Below, in pieces: positions 8,276 through 11,202 of a stretch of 11,202 nucleotides of DNA. The stretch spans positions 1-11,202 of the forward strand of contig JAQGDQ010002178.1 in the NCBI GenBank assembly GCA_030141605.1, written 5' to 3'. This stretch comes from Tubiluchus corallicola (taxonomy: Eukaryota; Animalia; Priapulida). The stretch's first letter is position 1, and each line of letters opens with the position of its first letter. Below the pieces are notes generated by a model. It was not told the origin of the DNA. It saw only the letters and a list, made by a program, of their open reading frames with translations, and made no database searches. The position numbers were made by a program, and so were the translations under genes.

Positions 8276-9165
8276 GGTGTCAGAAGGGATTGGCTGTAGT
8301 GCAGTTTAAAATGGTTTGGCATAAAGTAGTTTCGAACTACCTATCTTGGGAGTTGAGATGTCTGGTTGTTCCTACAGACGTCTGTCTTCACGAATCCATA
8401 TTATATCAATGAAGTCTTGGGTCTCCCTGACTAAACATTTTTTGCTTTAATTGTCTGCTTGATTATATGTTTTCAAACTCATGCATTTAGGTAGCGTTTC
8501 ATATAAATATGTCAGTGGTGGTGGATAGGCCTATATATAGTAGCAATGTGAAAAAATAATGTTTAAATTATATGATGTTTATTCTTCATAATTGTTCCTG
8601 ATGTTTACTTTGCATTAAGGAATATTTAACGAAATTACTACACAGAATGGTTATTGGCAAGTGAGTCAGAAGGCAAAACTGCATTATGGCGGTATGACAG
8701 CGCCAGTAATGCAAACAGCCTAAACTCAAAACCTACTGTGAACACTGGAAATTGTCTAAGAAATTAATAAGGTAAAAACGGTATTTCTAGAAATACGACC
8801 AGTAAAACACAACTAAACGTGGAAGTAAAAAAAACACAGCAAATACTTTGGCGGCTAACCTGTTCCTTTTAATCTAGTATTTTGCTTTAAAACGGTAAGT
8901 ATAGATACCAAATTTAAAAAAAAGAACAGTTAAACAATTCTATTATATGCAGCTTTTAGTTCAATATGAACTTGTTTGTTTATTTAAGTTTTTATCAGTG
9001 AAGTAACTGCTAATTATTCACATGTAATTTTTTTCGGCGTTCAGATTTATATGAGCCTGTAATATATTTCTTTTTATTTAAATAACGGCTTGGTTGCCAT
9101 ATCATGTAATTTCAGCCATCTTACATAGATCAGTGATTAGACAAAATTTGACTGTGTGTAATTAA

Positions 9166-9552
9166 TTACATTACATTACAAGCTTAAGAACAAAAATACC
9201 AATATTAGAAGACTATCGAGATTACAAAACACTGATATTTCTTTATAAATATATCAATAAACTGAGCATTCCATTTATAAACAATCCCTTAGCATTCATT
9301 CCTGATACCACTTTAAACACTACAACACACAATTTAAAGCAAATTTCAGTAAACAGTAAATTTGGAAATAACTCCGTATCAAAACAGGCCATGCATTTAT
9401 GGAACTTACTGCCCAGTGAAATAAAACAAATAGAATCTCTCCACCACTTTAAAAAGAAATTAAAAGAATATCAATATAACAGGTTTCAACTTCCACATTG
9501 TGCATCTGATACTAATTACACAGACTCAACTTTCATCTACCCCCACCCCTGA
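9166..9552 (+). mobile_element. CR1/L2/Crack-group LINE 3' end (ORF2 C-terminus), copy A
   Basis: A stop-free frame missed by the ORF track reads ..ILEDYRDYKTLIFLYKYIN..KFGNNSVSKQAMHLWNLLPSEIKQIESLHHFKKKLKEY..HP*. It contains the WNxLPxxIK...FKxxLK motif typical of this group. Confidence 0.8.
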
Positions 9553-9589
9553 CTCCATAAAACGATTAAAAATGAATTTTTTTTTTTTA

Positions 9590-9745
9590 AAATTATGTAA
9601 TGTAATACGTGTTATGTTAGTTTTGTAATGTCAAATGTATAAATAGTGTAAATGTAATGAGTGAAATTTATGTAATGTAAAGCATGTTTCTGTTAATTGT
9701 GTCATGTCAAACGTATATATAGTGTAAAATATGTCATGTAAAATT
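9590..9745 (+). repeat. Imperfect ~75-bp tandem duplication, ATGTAA-rich (possible LINE 3' UTR)
   Basis: ttatgtaatgtaa occurs at 9593 and 9668. atgtcaaatgtataaatagtgtaaa (9628) matches atgtcaaacgtatatatagtgtaaa (9704). Confidence 0.6.
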
Positions 9746-9917
9746 GAATGTACTTTTGTAATATTGTTTTGTAAAAATATTTTAATATGGTGTTTGTAAA
9801 TATGTTCATTTATTGTATATAATTAGGCCTTAGTTTTGCACTTTAGTTTTTTTTAGTCAGCATTTGTCTTGAACAGTGTTGTTATTTTAACATTACGCTG
9901 AGGCTTACTCAATTTTA

Positions 9918-10265
9918 TTATAATGAGTGAACCATTTTAAGGACAAATAAAGAATTAATATATATATACTTAGTATCAGAGGCATAATTTGGAAGTTGAC
10001 AGCTGTTATAGTGATATTCTTTTAATTTCTTTCTGAATTGGGGAGATATTATATTTGTTTTATTTAAGTTCGATGAATTTATGACTATTCCAAATTCATT
10101 TTGCACAGTAATTTGTTTTAGATTGTGCATTGTATTGTCTAAAGATATATCAGGAATGGACGGTAAAGGATTATTTAGAAATGAAACGTTCAGTTTATTC
10201 ATAAAGAAATATTACTGTTTTATCTGAGTTTTTTGTGGAAGATTCTTAAATTTGTTGTAGAAGTA
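9918..10265 (-). mobile_element. CR1/L2/Crack-group LINE 3' end, copy B (diverged, internally deleted relative of copy A)
   Basis: NKLNVSFLNNPLPSIPDISLDNTMHNLKQITVQNEFG and FRKKLKEYHYNSCQLPNYASDTKY align to copy A's NKLSIPFINNPLAFIPDTTLNTTTHNLKQISVNSKFG and FKKKLKEYQYNRFQLPHCASDTNY. The WNLLP segment is missing. Confidence 0.8.
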
Positions 10266-10279
10266 GCATGTTGTTTACC

Positions 10280-10309
10280 AGATCTGTGATACTGTAGATC
10301 TGTGATACT
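10280..10309 (+). repeat. 14-bp direct repeat separated by 2 nt
   Basis: agatctgtgatact occurs at 10280-10293 and 10296-10309. Confidence 0.8.
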
Positions 10310-11202
10310 ACCCACGTAGTGCATAATTTTGCATTGTATTTAGTTTTAATAAAGTTTTCTTTTTTAACGTTTTGGAGTAAAGTGCATCAGATTTAACTAA
10401 AGTCTCTGAGACGTTACTTGGATATGCAAAAAAAAAACAGTTGCACACCAAAAAGTTTCAAATCTTTCTTAAGCTTTTCGCTGCGCAACTGTCTTTTATC
10501 TTTTATCACTCGTGATTTTAATGAGAAAATGCGAACGTGTAATTTTGAATCAGTATGACAGGCTCTTACAATGTCTTTGATATCACAAATTATTCAAACT
10601 CCAGAGATCAGTGTAACTAATATCGCACTGCTACAGAATAAAAGCTCCCGCTCCATCCCAGCACCGGACAGCAAATTTTGTAATGTTCATCAGGCGTCTA
10701 AAATATTTTACAATAATTTTTTTTGTAATTTGCAAAAAAAAACAATTGTACGCATTTAAATCTAAAGCTTCTTATATACAATACTTATAAGTTGTTCAAT
10801 TATATGTTGCATATACCACATGAGCACACAAATAATTACAGTAAGTACAGGCAACTAGAAATTGGCATCAAATATAGTATAATGTATGTGCAAAAAATTA
10901 ACTTTACTACAGGTCACTATTACTAGTTGTTCAAGAGTTTGTGTTTGCAACGATTATAAAATGCGTAATGATATGGTAACTACTTACCAAACGCAGATCC
11001 TTCTTTGCCAACAGAACTTATGCTATTTATCTTTGGCAGGCAACATATTTAAAAGTTTTACCTTTTTTATGGATGTTGAAATGGTTTTTGATGGATGGCT
11101 AACTTTGTCCGCCTGCGCAAAGGTTATGTTGAGTTGATCTAAGATAAAAGAGTATGCTAATAAAACGGGGCAAAATCGGGACGGATGTGTAATGTGTTAA
11201 CA

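Noticed and set aside
10571-11137. Short + strand ORFs 10571..10759 and 10886..11137
   Set aside because: They are short and AT-rich with no motifs, so they are likely chance ORFs.
10988-11138. Candidate minus-strand exon (cttag acceptor, gtaagt donor)
   Set aside because: All three frames contain stops across the full interval. A shorter or non-coding exon is possible but cannot be supported without transcripts.
11165-11202. acggggcaaaatcgggacgg as a DNA-transposon terminal inverted repeat
   Set aside because: No partner repeat was found in the window and it lies at the window edge.

Overview
This is eukaryotic, probably invertebrate animal, repeat-rich genomic DNA with no intact gene. Positions ~25-6035 hold a decayed Ty3/gypsy (Metaviridae, errantivirus-like) LTR retroelement on the + strand. 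Its order is gag with a degenerate CCHC knuckle, a -1 ribosomal frameshift signal, protease, a dUTPase-like linker, RT, RNase H and a class-I fusion (baculovirus-F/errantivirus-type) env preceded by a splice acceptor. No integrase is recognisable, env is 3'-truncated and no LTR is visible. The most notable feature is a 242-bp stop-free fragment of a host WSCD-family sulfotransferase coding sequence at 1044-1285. It sits at the start of pol between two 105-bp direct repeats of element sequence, which looks like host-mRNA capture by template switching. The AT-rich right half holds four LINE fragments: a C-terminal zinc-knuckle end (-), an APE endonuclease piece (+), and two diverged tail-to-tail 3' ends of one CR1/L2-group family. 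All family assignments come from motif recognition by eye, not from database searches.
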